A stretch of DNA of 32,000 nt from Opitutales bacterium (GCA_024407725.1 JAKSVZ010000009.1:1668-33667), one strand, 5' to 3'; positions 9,641 to 19,686 are shown, numbered from the stretch's first letter. Notes: generated by a model from the letters alone, not told the origin. A program made the numbers and translations.

Positions 9641-10213
9641 ATGATTGCTTTTTTAGAAGGCGTTCTAGATTCTGTTCATGCCCACAGCATCTTTTTAGCA
9701 ATCCAAGGCATCGGTTATGAGGTATTTGTTCAAAAACCTCAAGCGTTTCAACCGCAGCAACATTACCGCTTATACACCTGCCCCATTTACCGAGAAGACA
9801 ACCAACAACTCTATGGGTTCCTTACGATGGAAGAACGCAACTGCTTTAAGTTGTTAGTAGAAAAAGTCAGCGGTATAGGGCCTAAATTGGCCTTAACCTT
9901 GTTAACCGTTTTTTCGATGCAAGAACTCTGCTCGTTGATCGTTAATCAAGATTACCAAGCGCTTACCCGCTGCCCTGGAGTCGGTAAAAAAACCGCTCAA
10001 CGGCTTTTGTTGGAGCTTCATGATTACTTAAAAGCCTTACCTGCATCAACACCTGCCGATACCCCTCATACGTGTTATAAAGACGCTATCGAGGCGCTAA
10101 TTGTCCTAGGTTATCCCCGCAAACAATCAGAAGAGCGAATCCAAAAAGTTCACGAAAATCATCCTGAGCTGGATTCCGTGGAAGCTATTTTGCGTCAAGC
10201 CTTGCAAAGCTAA
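9641..10213 (+). CDS. ruvA: Holliday junction DNA helicase subunit RuvA
   Basis: MIAFLEGVL start, and helix-hairpin-helix motifs GIGPKLALTLL and PGVGKKTAQRLLLEL. Confidence 0.9.
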   Translation: MIAFLEGVLDSVHAHSIFLAIQGIGYEVFVQKPQAFQPQQHYRLYTCPIYREDNQQLYGFLTMEERNCFKLLVEKVSGIGPKLALTLLTVFSMQELCSLIVNQDYQALTRCPGVGKKTAQRLLLELHDYLKALPASTPADTPHTCYKDAIEALIVLGYPRKQSEERIQKVHENHPELDSVEAILRQALQS

Positions 10214-10313
10214 GCGCGCATACCCTATCACCCGCTTTATTGCTGCTGATTGAGTCATCGAAAATTGACTTGCGTCCCCCGTTTAAACCCATTGTTTTAA
10301 GGGTATACAGATT

Positions 10314-10634
10314 ATGCAACCGTTCTTCTTTTCATTTTTATTCGGAGCAGAGGTTCCACAAGCCCCTCAAGGAGCTTCCATAACCTCAAGCCTATTGATG
10401 ATGGGGCTGTTTTTCTTGGCCTTCTGGTTTTTGATGATTGCCCCTCAACGGAAGCGTCAAAAGGAACAAAAAGCGATGATTGCAGCCCTCAAGGTAGGCG
10501 ATGAAATCATAACCTCCTCTGGGTTTCTAGCTTCTGTTGTTCAAGTAAAGGAAGACCGTTTGGTCATAAAAACAGGCGATGCTAAATTAGAAATCTATAA
10601 GCAGTTCGTTCAATCCGTACATCATCACAAATAA
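10314..10634 (+). CDS. yajC: preprotein translocase subunit YajC
   Basis: Single TM segment followed by APQRKRQKE...VGDEIITSSGFLASVV. It sits immediately upstream of secDF (TAATG overlap). Confidence 0.85.
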   Translation: MQPFFFSFLFGAEVPQAPQGASITSSLLMMGLFFLAFWFLMIAPQRKRQKEQKAMIAALKVGDEIITSSGFLASVVQVKEDRLVIKTGDAKLEIYKQFVQSVHHHK

Positions 10635-13123
10635 TGCAAGCGACTAAGTGGCGTTTAGGTATTACCCTCCTAGCAATTGCTATTGGGGTCGGTCAATTAA
10701 TGCCTTGGGAAGATAAACCGTATGATACGTATCTGACCCAGCAGGTAAAAAGCAACAAAGAGCAATTCCAATCGGTTTTGCAAGCAGCTCAAACTCAGGT
10801 TAAAGAGCACAAGGCGCCTAACTTAATTCAGGCATTGGTACGTATCTGTAAGGAACGAAAGCTGGATTTAAGTACCTGCTTTACCCAATTTAATGCCGCG
10901 GATATTAAAAATTTTGATAAGCGGAATCAGATCCTCCTACAGCACCTATTGCATCAATCCCAAAGCGTGTTTAAGCAAGGATTGGATCTCAAAGGCGGCG
11001 TTGCATTTTCATTGAGCATCAACCCGCAAGTGTTGGAAGGTAAATCCGATTGGGAATGCGAAAAGTTGGTGCAAAAGGCGATTGAGGTTATTACAACCCG
11101 TATCGATGCTCTTGGGGTAGCTGAACCGATTGTACGCCCCTATGGACGCAATAACATTGAAATTCAACTGCCCGGCATTTCGCTTGAAACCCATCCGGAT
11201 ATCGTTGGCGCCCTCAAAAAGCCAGCAAAGCTAGATTTTCGTTTGGTTAAGGAAGATGCAGACCCGAATGGCTCTATTCCCTTAGGATATGAGCGCTTGG
11301 TCATGGAGCACGAGGATGAGCAAGGGCAATGGATGCAAATTCCGTTGATTGTTAAACGCATCCCAGAGATGACGGGGAAAGCCATTAAGGAAGCCCAGCC
11401 GGTGGTAGATGCTTACGGAAAGTATGAGGTCAGCCTGCAAATGACCTCCGAAGGTAAAGAGCGTTTTGCAAGCATTACCCGACAAAACCTACACCGTCGC
11501 TTAGCCATTGTGCTGGATGGCGTTGTATGCTCCGCCCCTGTTATTCAATCAGAAATTACCGGTGGACAAGCCAGCATTTCAGGACGCTTTACCCAACGCG
11601 ACGCGATTGAGCTTTCTAACGTACTCAATAACCCGCTGGAATTTGAGCTAGAATTGGCAGAAATCTATGAAATAGGACCCTCGCTTGCCACCAGTGCTAA
11701 AAACATCGCTATTTATGCATCCTTGGCAGGACTCATCCTGTTGATCACGGTCATGTCTTTGTATTACCACCTATCCGGTATGCTCTGCAGCCTCTCTTTG
11801 TTGCTCAATGCGTTCTTCATCTTTGTTTCTTGGGCAATCTTAGGAGCAACCATCACTCTGCCCAGCATTACAGCGCTTGCGTTAACTCTTGGAATGGCCG
11901 TGGATGCCAACATCCTGATTTTTGAACGCGTCCGAGAAGAACTCCGCGCAGGTATTAACTTAACCACCGCTTTAAATACAGGACACAAAAAGGCATTCAT
12001 CGCTATTTTAGATTCCAACCTAACAACGCTTTTAACCGCAGGATTGCTCGTTCTTTTAGGAACCGGTGCGGTTAAAGGATTCGGAATCACCTTGGCAGCC
12101 GGTATTTTAACCACCCTGTTCTCCGTTTTGTGCTTCAATCGAGCTTTGTTGGAACTTTTGGTACACGCCAACCATTTTCACCTACCGGATCAAGCTTGGT
12201 TTCAAGATGCAAAAATCAACTTTTTAGCCCACATTAAGGGCGGTTTGTGCATCTCCTGCTTATTGGCTCTCATCGGTTGCGCTGCATTTGGAATACGGGG
12301 CAAAGGCGTACTGAGCATCGACTTTGTGGGTGGAGATGAATTGTTGGTTCAAGGCGACCGCATGGTGGATTGTCAAAAAATCCGCGATTTAGCGAAGCAA
12401 AAGCAACTGGGTACCATCAATGCCGTCTATCAGAAGAACCTATCCAGCACCTCGCATTTGCTAAAAATTCAAACCGAAAAGGGGCGCGGCATGGATGTGT
12501 TTTCAGCCGTACAAGCATCCGAGCCTGAAGTTCATTTCAAATGCGTTTCGAAAAACCAAATCGGTGCTTCCGTCAGCTCAGATGTCCAAAAACATGCTAT
12601 TTTATCCATTGTGTTCGCACTCATCGGTATCCTAGCCTACATCGCGGTGCGCTTTGAATGGACCTATGGAATTAGCTCTGTATTGGCGTTAACGCACGAT
12701 ACCCTCATTACCATGGGCTTATACGTCGCATTCGGACATCAATTTACAGCGCCCATGATTGCTGCAGTTTTGTTGGTCATCGGTTATTCGATCAATGATA
12801 AAATCATCATTTTCGACCGCGTCCGCGAAGAGCTAGCAGCCAATCGTTCCCTACCCCTAAACGCTGTGATCAATCGCTCCATCAACAAAACCCTATCGCG
12901 TACGTTAATGACCAGCTTAACGACGTTTATTCCAACGTCATTGCTGTATATCTGCTGCTCCGGAATCGTACGGGATTACGCGCTTGTATTCATGTTGGGA
13001 ATTATTATCGGTACGTTCTCATCCATCTTCGTGGCAACGCCTTTGTTTTATAAATTAAACCACGGGAATCGCACCCATTTGGACAATCCACAAACGTCTA
13101 AGCACGCTTGGGAACAAGCATAA
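10634..13123 (+). CDS. secDF: fused protein-export membrane protein SecDF
   Basis: 829 aa with a large periplasmic domain and two 6-TM-like blocks containing DANILIFERVREEL and NDKIIIFDRVREEL. Confidence 0.9.
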   Translation: MQATKWRLGITLLAIAIGVGQLMPWEDKPYDTYLTQQVKSNKEQFQSVLQAAQTQVKEHKAPNLIQALVRICKERKLDLSTCFTQFNAADIKNFDKRNQILLQHLLHQSQSVFKQGLDLKGGVAFSLSINPQVLEGKSDWECEKLVQKAIEVITTRIDALGVAEPIVRPYGRNNIEIQLPGISLETHPDIVGALKKPAKLDFRLVKEDADPNGSIPLGYERLVMEHEDEQGQWMQIPLIVKRIPEMTGKAIKEAQPVVDAYGKYEVSLQMTSEGKERFASITRQNLHRRLAIVLDGVVCSAPVIQSEITGGQASISGRFTQRDAIELSNVLNNPLEFELELAEIYEIGPSLATSAKNIAIYASLAGLILLITVMSLYYHLSGMLCSLSLLLNAFFIFVSWAILGATITLPSITALALTLGMAVDANILIFERVREELRAGINLTTALNTGHKKAFIAILDSNLTTLLTAGLLVLLGTGAVKGFGITLAAGILTTLFSVLCFNRALLELLVHANHFHLPDQAWFQDAKINFLAHIKGGLCISCLLALIGCAAFGIRGKGVLSIDFVGGDELLVQGDRMVDCQKIRDLAKQKQLGTINAVYQKNLSSTSHLLKIQTEKGRGMDVFSAVQASEPEVHFKCVSKNQIGASVSSDVQKHAILSIVFALIGILAYIAVRFEWTYGISSVLALTHDTLITMGLYVAFGHQFTAPMIAAVLLVIGYSINDKIIIFDRVREELAANRSLPLNAVINRSINKTLSRTLMTSLTTFIPTSLLYICCSGIVRDYALVFMLGIIIGTFSSIFVATPLFYKLNHGNRTHLDNPQTSKHAWEQA

Positions 13124-14857
13124 ATGCGTTGGTGTTTTCCTTCCTCTTGCTCCATTCCTCAATGGTTAACGGATTACCTTAAGCAACAGGAGCTGCCGCA
13201 CGCTTATTTACCGATTTTAGGCCAGCTGCTTAGTCAGGTAAGTCCTCCCTTCAATAATCCACAGGAGGTAGAGCAGTTCTTGCGTCCATCGTTAAAGAAC
13301 TCTGAAGCCCCTAAGGACATTCTAAATTTACCAGAAGCGGTTCAGTGCATTCATGCGGCCTGCAAAGCCCACAAACGGATTATTGTGGTTAGCGATTACG
13401 ATGTGGATGGCGTCACCAGTATGACACTGATGTACCGCTTTTTTCACTACTTCCAGCTACCCTTTACCCCTGTATTTCCATTAAGAAAAAGCGAAGGGTA
13501 TGGGTTAACCGATGCGTTTATCGATCGTATCCTCAAAACCCATGCGCCCTTCGATTACCTCATCGCCATGGATTGCGGAACGAATTCGACTCAAGCGATT
13601 CAGCGCATCAACGCCTCTGGTGCATCCGCCCTTATCATTGATCACCACCAACCAACCGTTGATCCCTTACCTTCGGCTCTCATCGTTAATCCGCACGTAC
13701 AACCCGAACGCCATTCAGCATCTGCTCAAAACTTATGCACAGCAGGATTGGTCTTTAAATTTATCCAATATTGGCGCACGCTGTTAAAACAAGAGGGCTG
13801 CGCGGCTGCAGAACAATTGGTATTGAGCTCATTTTTGGATTTAGTGGCCTTAGGAACCATTGCCGATGTAGTACCTTTGCGCGGAGATAACCGCTTATGG
13901 GTGCATTTTGGCTTAAAGGCTATGGAACGAACGCCGTCCTATGGTCTTAAAACCTTACTGAAATTAGCAGGATGCGGCCAAATTCCTACGGTTGAAGATA
14001 TAGGGTTTAAAATAGGGCCGCGCATCAACGCAGGCGGTCGGTTGGATTCCGCCACAGCCCCGTTTGAACTGCTAACGTCCGATGACCACCCTAACTGCAA
14101 GGCCCTCGCGACTGAATTGGACGCACTGAATTCCCAACGCAAGTCCATGGAACATCAAATGGTTCAAGAGGCCGAAGCGCTCATCGCCCAAGATCCCAAT
14201 CAACACGCCTATGTTCTCTATCAACCGCATTGGCATACCGGTATTGTAGGAATTGTTGCAGGGCGCCTGATGCACCAGCATCATTGCCCCATCTTTGTGC
14301 TAGGGCAGCAAAATGAACTCGCTAAGGGTTCAGGGCGCAGTATTTCGGGCGTTGATCTCGTTCCCCTCCTTACTCAAGCGCAACCATGGATTCATCAATG
14401 GGGCGGGCATGAAGCAGCGGTTGGGTTAAGTACCGCCATCGATCAAATTCCAGCCTTGGAGCAATCTATCCGCCGTTACCTAAAGGATACGTTTCCCGTT
14501 TGGCCCCAACCTACCCTGAACCTATCCGGTATCCTGACGGAAGACCTACTAACGGACGACTTTTTGCACATACTGGATCGCTTAGGTCCCTTCGGATCCG
14601 GTTATGAACCTCCCCTGTTTGCCCTCCCTTCTATTCAATTAACTCAACCGCCTAAGCGTTTTGGTTCCAATAATAACCACCTGCGGCTACAATGGCATCG
14701 CCATAGCTTCGTCGCTTGGAATTATTCGGGAGCCGAACCGTCCATTAATCAGCCCATCGATTGCGCAATCCGTTTAGGGTGGAACTATTGGGCCAATCGC
14801 TTGAATTTACAAATTCAGTTGATTGATTGGCGCCCATCAGAATCCATCGACCTATAA
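13124..14857 (+). CDS. recJ: single-stranded-DNA-specific exonuclease RecJ
   Basis: DHH-family motifs VSDYDVDGVTS, IIDHHQP, GTIADVVPL and GGHEAAVG. 577 aa. Confidence 0.9.
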   Translation: MRWCFPSSCSIPQWLTDYLKQQELPHAYLPILGQLLSQVSPPFNNPQEVEQFLRPSLKNSEAPKDILNLPEAVQCIHAACKAHKRIIVVSDYDVDGVTSMTLMYRFFHYFQLPFTPVFPLRKSEGYGLTDAFIDRILKTHAPFDYLIAMDCGTNSTQAIQRINASGASALIIDHHQPTVDPLPSALIVNPHVQPERHSASAQNLCTAGLVFKFIQYWRTLLKQEGCAAAEQLVLSSFLDLVALGTIADVVPLRGDNRLWVHFGLKAMERTPSYGLKTLLKLAGCGQIPTVEDIGFKIGPRINAGGRLDSATAPFELLTSDDHPNCKALATELDALNSQRKSMEHQMVQEAEALIAQDPNQHAYVLYQPHWHTGIVGIVAGRLMHQHHCPIFVLGQQNELAKGSGRSISGVDLVPLLTQAQPWIHQWGGHEAAVGLSTAIDQIPALEQSIRRYLKDTFPVWPQPTLNLSGILTEDLLTDDFLHILDRLGPFGSGYEPPLFALPSIQLTQPPKRFGSNNNHLRLQWHRHSFVAWNYSGAEPSINQPIDCAIRLGWNYWANRLNLQIQLIDWRPSESIDL

Positions 14858-14940
14858 GATTGACAAAGTCCAAGGAGCATCGAGTATAATAAAGACCTAA
14901 GTGCAGCTTAACGTGTGCAGTTAATTTGGGAGATGGTAGA

Positions 14941-15897
14941 ATGCACGACGAACAAATAATCATTGTTGGAAGCGGATGCGCTGGGTTATCAGCCGCTATC
15001 TATGCTGCACGCGCACAACTACACCCGTTGGTGATTGAAGGAAACCAACCGGGAGGATTGTTAACGCAAACCACCCAAGTGGAAAATTTCCCTGGATTCT
15101 CTGAGGGGATTCAAGGATACGAGTTGGTTAACCGTATCCGTAAACAGGCTGAGAAATTCGGTGCTCGTTTCTTGTCCAACCAAGTGCAGCGCATTACCTT
15201 TGAAGCCAATTCATCGCTCAATCCTCACCAGCTCAAAGGAGCAATTTTGGACGATGGTCAAACGCTTCAAGCAGCGGCGATTATTTTAGCAACTGGGTCT
15301 CATCCAAAGATGCTTGGTTTGCCCCATGAAGCGAAATTGCTGGGCGGCAAAGGACTCAGCGTTTGCGCCACCTGCGACGGATGCTTTTATAAAGGCGAAA
15401 CCGTTTGCGTAATTGGCGGAGGAGATTCTGCTTGCGAAGAAGCTTTGTATTTAAGCCAAATCTGCAAAAAGGTTTATTTGGTTCACCGACGCGATACCTT
15501 ACGCGCTTCAAAAATTATGGCTGATCGCGTACAATCCAATCCAAGTATTGAATGCGTATTCGATTCCAAACCGGTTCAATACGAAGTGGATCCTCAAGGA
15601 TTTATTCAAGGATTACAGGTACAATCCAACGCAACCCAAGCGCTACGGGTGCTGCCCTGTACCGGTATCTTTTTGGCCATCGGATGGAACCCAAACACTG
15701 CGTTATGTAGCTCCCTTTTGCCCTTAGATGACAAAGGCTATTTTTCCATCGACGCCCACCTACAAAGTAGTATTTCTGGCCTATTTGCAGCAGGAGATTG
15801 CGTTGATACGCGCTACCGACAAGCAAGCGTTGCAGCCGGTATGGGAGTACAGGCCGCTTTAGAAGCACAAAATTGGTTAACCCAGCATCATGAGTAA
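14941..15897 (+). CDS. trxB: thioredoxin-disulfide reductase
   Basis: GSGCAG FAD motif and redox centre CATCDG. The ORF track start at 14926 is a TTG; the ATG at 14941 has GGGAGA 7 nt upstream. Confidence 0.9.
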   Translation: MHDEQIIIVGSGCAGLSAAIYAARAQLHPLVIEGNQPGGLLTQTTQVENFPGFSEGIQGYELVNRIRKQAEKFGARFLSNQVQRITFEANSSLNPHQLKGAILDDGQTLQAAAIILATGSHPKMLGLPHEAKLLGGKGLSVCATCDGCFYKGETVCVIGGGDSACEEALYLSQICKKVYLVHRRDTLRASKIMADRVQSNPSIECVFDSKPVQYEVDPQGFIQGLQVQSNATQALRVLPCTGIFLAIGWNPNTALCSSLLPLDDKGYFSIDAHLQSSISGLFAAGDCVDTRYRQASVAAGMGVQAALEAQNWLTQHHE

Positions 15898-16372
15898 ATG
15901 TTGTCTATGTGAACAAACTGCAAGCGTGCACCTCATCAATGTGGACGCAAATGGACGTATGTTCGAAACCTTTTTGTGTGCCGAACATGCCGAAAGCAAG
16001 GAGGTTTCCACCCCCAATGCGTACCAATTGATGGATATATTGCCGCATTACGACAAAGGCGTTGTGTTATCGAACCACATCTGTCCTACCTGCGGATGCA
16101 CCAAGGAATGGATTGAAAACACCCATCATGCCGGCTGTCCCGATTGCTATAAAACCTTCAAAGAGCTCCGGTTAACGGGCGCCCATGATTGTTGCGTCCA
16201 TTTCGGCAAAATTCCGCAAGGGAAGCTATCGCCAGAGGCATTTAAACCCCGCTTACGTTATTTACAAGCGCAGTTGCAGGCAGCCATCGATGCGGATCGT
16301 TTGGAAGTAGCTCAGCAAATACAAAAACAAATCCGAACCATTGAAAGAGCCATAAAAGCATGTACTCAATAA
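15890..16372 (+). CDS. UVR-domain zinc-ribbon protein (McsA-like)
   Basis: Paired CxxC motifs (CPTCGC...CPDCY) and a C-terminal UvrB/UvrC-type motif (LRYLQAQLQAAIDADRLEVAQQIQKQIRTIE). It overlaps the trxB stop by 8 nt. Confidence 0.55.
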   Translation: MSKCCLCEQTASVHLINVDANGRMFETFLCAEHAESKEVSTPNAYQLMDILPHYDKGVVLSNHICPTCGCTKEWIENTHHAGCPDCYKTFKELRLTGAHDCCVHFGKIPQGKLSPEAFKPRLRYLQAQLQAAIDADRLEVAQQIQKQIRTIERAIKACTQ

Positions 16373-16662
16373 CCTTTGATTCTCAATGCCAAGCGGTTTT
16401 AGGGAAAATGACGCAGGAAAAACAGCTGAAATTGGTGGATTTTTTAAGCAATTTTGATGCGCAAAAAGTTCCCGCAGCTGATCAAATGAAGCGCGATAAT
16501 AAGCTGTTTTATCGATTAAAATGGGAAGCCTTTCGCATTTACATCGAATCTACACCAGAAGGCACCCTTATTGTGCACTCTATCCTTTCAAAGCATTCTT
16601 GGAATGACTTTTTGTTTCGGGCAAAATTACCCTATCCATCCGAAAACAACACCCCAAAATAG
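16360..16662 (+). CDS. RelE/ParE-fold toxin-like protein
   Basis: 100 aa. It fits the RelE/ParE architecture by eye: Y-I-F start, helix (QEKQLKLVDFLSNF), then LFYRLKWEAFRIYIESTPEGTLIVHSILSKHS. It overlaps the upstream gene by 13 nt. Confidence 0.4.
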   Translation: MYSITFDSQCQAVLGKMTQEKQLKLVDFLSNFDAQKVPAADQMKRDNKLFYRLKWEAFRIYIESTPEGTLIVHSILSKHSWNDFLFRAKLPYPSENNTPK

Positions 16663-16679
16663 CCCCAAAGGCATCTATT

Positions 16680-17474
16680 ATGTTAAGTACTAACCGAAAT
16701 TCTTCATTAACAAAAATCTATTTATTACCGAATACCTTAACAGCAGGTAATTTGTTCTTCGGATTTTTGTGCATTATTCGGTGCATCCAAGCAAAATACT
16801 GCAATGACGGCGCAGCATCCGCCGAGCTTTACAATCAAGCAGTTTGGTGCATTTTTGGCGCATTGGTATGTGATGGACTGGATGGACGGGTAGCGCGCCT
16901 CAGTGGACGGGAATCCTTATTCGGCATCGAATTTGATTCGTTGGCCGACATCATATCGTTTGGGCTAGCACCCGCTATGATTGTGTTCTTCCTGATTTTA
17001 TCCCCAGAAAACAACTTCCCGTTTTTCAAACGCATTGGGTGGCTCATCGGCTTTATCTATTTACTGTGTGGAGCAGTACGCCTAGCGCGCTTTAACGTTA
17101 CCCATCATCCGCTGTTACCGAAAGACCAACGGCCCACATCCCCTAATTCCGTATTTGTTGGTCTCCCGATCCCAGCTGCAGCAAGCGTTATCGCCTCATT
17201 GGTCTTGGTCATCAATCAATTCGATCTAAAGGCCTTTGCAATTTGTTTGCCCTTTTTGATGCTGCTGATTGCTTGGCTTATGATCAGTAATGTTTACTAT
17301 CCCAGCTTTAAGCATCTCGATTGGACAACGGAAACTAAACTGATAGCCTTTGTCATCATTATCAGCACCTTGGCGATTTTGGCGCTATTTAAAGGCTTAT
17401 CCTTTTTCATCCTATCCATCAGCTATGTTTTTTACGGCCTTATCCATCACTTGCGCCATAAAAAACCGCTTTAA
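16680..17474 (+). CDS. pssA: CDP-diacylglycerol--serine O-phosphatidyltransferase
   Basis: YLLPNTLTAGNLFFGF N-terminus and motif DGLDGRVARLSGRESLFGIEFDSLAD. Polytopic, 264 aa. Confidence 0.8.
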   Translation: MLSTNRNSSLTKIYLLPNTLTAGNLFFGFLCIIRCIQAKYCNDGAASAELYNQAVWCIFGALVCDGLDGRVARLSGRESLFGIEFDSLADIISFGLAPAMIVFFLILSPENNFPFFKRIGWLIGFIYLLCGAVRLARFNVTHHPLLPKDQRPTSPNSVFVGLPIPAAASVIASLVLVINQFDLKAFAICLPFLMLLIAWLMISNVYYPSFKHLDWTTETKLIAFVIIISTLAILALFKGLSFFILSISYVFYGLIHHLRHKKPL

Positions 17475-17486
17475 AATTAAAAAACT

Positions 17487-17900
17487 GTGCGCTTCCTTCA
17501 ATGGCTTCAAATCCTTTATAGCAAGCTGAGGTCCTGTGGTTCTAAAACAGGACGTTTGGGGCGTAAGGGGGAACAGGCGGCAACCCGATTTCTCAAGCGC
17601 GCTGGATATCATATCCTCGACCGCAATTGGCGCTCAGGACATTACGAATTGGATATTGTGGCTCAAATCGGTTCCTGCGTGGCTTTTGTTGAAGTTCGTG
17701 GGCGCTGCACCCAAAGCCTTCAAAGTGGGTACGACACCATCAATCGTGCGAAGAAACAAGCACTCTCTAAAGCCATACGCGCTTATTTAAAGCAGCATCG
17801 CTGGATACACAGCTACCGCTTTGATATCATCTCGATTGATTGGGACACCCAAGGAACGATCAGCGATATACGCCACTACGAATCGGTTCCGCTCCGGTAA
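17487..17900 (+). CDS. yraN: YraN-family (UPF0102) endonuclease
   Basis: GRKGEQAATRFLKRAGYHILDRNWRSGHYELDIVA...VAFVEVRGR is the family signature. GTG start; the exact start is uncertain. Confidence 0.8.
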   Translation: MRFLQWLQILYSKLRSCGSKTGRLGRKGEQAATRFLKRAGYHILDRNWRSGHYELDIVAQIGSCVAFVEVRGRCTQSLQSGYDTINRAKKQALSKAIRAYLKQHRWIHSYRFDIISIDWDTQGTISDIRHYESVPLR

Positions 17901-18305
17901 TTACAAAGCGGTATCGACGTAATCACTACACACCAGCAGGTATTTAAACAAGCGGTAAAGCGTAGGTTGATCGCATTCCGTATCTAAAATTTTAGCGAAA
18001 AATCCAATGTCATGATCGGATTGTGCAATCGCCTGCACCTGAAACGTCTCATGTGCGTTTTGCAAGGGCATCGATAAAGCTTTTTCATACATAGCGTAAG
18101 GCAAAGGCGCAAGGTCGTAAGGCTTTATTACAAAGAAAAATATCCACTCGCCGGATTCTTCAATTTGCAACGTACGGTTATCATCCAATATAAACTGGAT
18201 ACACCGCTTATCATTTAACTTCAGGTCTGGGATTCCAATATGATTACCAAACGCTTGTAATTCACTATCAATTAGCATCGTTATTCTCTTCAAAAATTTT
18301 CTCAT
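17901..18305 (-). CDS. SycN-like type III secretion chaperone
   Basis: Aligns by eye with Yersinia SycN as recalled from memory (F...IGIP......IQF.....TLQIEE.G). It sits downstream of TyeA-like and YopN-like genes, the same order as yopN-tyeA-sycN. An alternative ATG is at 18278. Confidence 0.5.
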   Translation of the reverse strand: MRKFLKRITMLIDSELQAFGNHIGIPDLKLNDKRCIQFILDDNRTLQIEESGEWIFFFVIKPYDLAPLPYAMYEKALSMPLQNAHETFQVQAIAQSDHDIGFFAKILDTECDQPTLYRLFKYLLVCSDYVDTAL

Positions 18306-18555
18306 CCAAAAACTCTTGGATGATATTCACAAACTGCATCCGCAATTCATCTTTATCGAAAAGCGAATCGGGATACTGCCGTAAACTTAGGATTAATTGG
18401 GTTAAAAAAAAGATAATGGCCTCACGCGACCGAATCCCCAACGGATGCATCATCTGCACCACCTGTTCTTCATCGAGGTATTTTTTCAAAATCGCATGCA
18501 TCATGGTTTTGGTTATCCCATAGGCTTTTTCACTAACTAAGGAAGGACTTAACAT
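18268..18555 (-). CDS. TyeA-like protein (C-terminal module of the T3SS gatekeeper)
   Basis: 95 aa versus 92 aa for TyeA. Acidic C-terminus, and the pattern R.YP..LF.D.E.R......IQ..LD resembles TyeA as recalled from memory (FRLFPLGVFSDEEQRQNLL). Synteny supports the call. Confidence 0.5.
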   Translation of the reverse strand: MLSPSLVSEKAYGITKTMMHAILKKYLDEEQVVQMMHPLGIRSREAIIFFLTQLILSLRQYPDSLFDKDELRMQFVNIIQEFLDEKIFEENNDAN

Positions 18556-18561
18556 AATACA

Positions 18562-19686
18562 TTAAAATAAACGCGGGAAGGTATCAGCGGTTCGTTGTAC
18601 CATTTGTTCATTGATGGTTTGAACGGTACCTAATTTTTCAACGGTACGGCAGGTATTCGCAATAGCGCTAGCAATAGACGGTTCCGGACAGCTTTTTAAT
18701 TCAGACGACAAACATTTCATCACAATCGATAGATTATCGCTAAAATGAGCAACGGCCGACTTACGGTCTTCAAAATGCTCAACCAAGTTACCCAACAAGC
18801 AATCGAATACCTTCATGGCATCCCCCTTAAGCGGTAAAATCTTATCCAAAATCAACGCATTGAAGTCCTTAGGCGGCAAGGTAATGGAATGCGTTAAATG
18901 TGCAGTGGTTTCGCGTAACAACGGCGCCAAGACGTAACTATCCTCAATACGGTTTCTATCAACCCCCATTAAGCGATCCTGTTCGGATCGGATCGACTTA
19001 ATGCTCTTTTTCAGGTTATCCGCCTGTTGGTTCACGTGATCCTGACTGTCTTGGGAATAGGTAGCAGATTTATCCGGCTGCTTCATCTCTTCCGAAAACT
19101 GTTCGAGTTGGGTTAATTTACGCTCCCATACATCCAAAACAATCTGCAAGGCATTATGCTGCTCCGCAATATCCTCAAACATCATTAAACCGTTACGGAT
19201 ATCATCGAGCGTCAACATTCCGTTCTGCGCCAACGATCCATCCAATTGCTTAAAGAACGAACGATATTGCCGCTCACTCCCTGAAAACAACGCATTAGAA
19301 CGCTCTAAAACCGTCTGTTTTAAGTCCTTAGCCGTTCCATCATTGATCAAGGTTAAACGCTCTAAGGTTTGCTTTTCAACCCGCTTGCTGCGATTATCTT
19401 GTTCATTAACCTTTTTCGAATCCTCTGTCTCAGCAACCGAATTTAAACGCGGAGCACCTTTTTTCGTTTTCGATTTAAACTGTTCTTCTTTAACACTCTT
19501 ATGAGCCTGAAACGAAGACATGCATTCGTCATCCTTCGTACTTGGATCCACATCCATATTCGCTTGGATCGCTTGAGTATCTAACTGACCCTTTTGGACA
19601 CTTGCTCCCTCTTGTACTTCTTCGGTAAACGAAGGCTGTGCTTGCGTAGTCGATTGTGTTTGAAAATTTAATAGTTCTTCGCCCAT
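18562..19686 (-). CDS. putative T3SS gatekeeper SctW (CopN/YopN-like)
   Basis: 374-aa hydrophilic protein with a low-complexity polar N-terminus, directly upstream of the TyeA-like and SycN-like genes. The call rests mainly on synteny. Confidence 0.45.
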   Translation of the reverse strand: MGEELLNFQTQSTTQAQPSFTEEVQEGASVQKGQLDTQAIQANMDVDPSTKDDECMSSFQAHKSVKEEQFKSKTKKGAPRLNSVAETEDSKKVNEQDNRSKRVEKQTLERLTLINDGTAKDLKQTVLERSNALFSGSERQYRSFFKQLDGSLAQNGMLTLDDIRNGLMMFEDIAEQHNALQIVLDVWERKLTQLEQFSEEMKQPDKSATYSQDSQDHVNQQADNLKKSIKSIRSEQDRLMGVDRNRIEDSYVLAPLLRETTAHLTHSITLPPKDFNALILDKILPLKGDAMKVFDCLLGNLVEHFEDRKSAVAHFSDNLSIVMKCLSSELKSCPEPSIASAIANTCRTVEKLGTVQTINEQMVQRTADTFPRLF

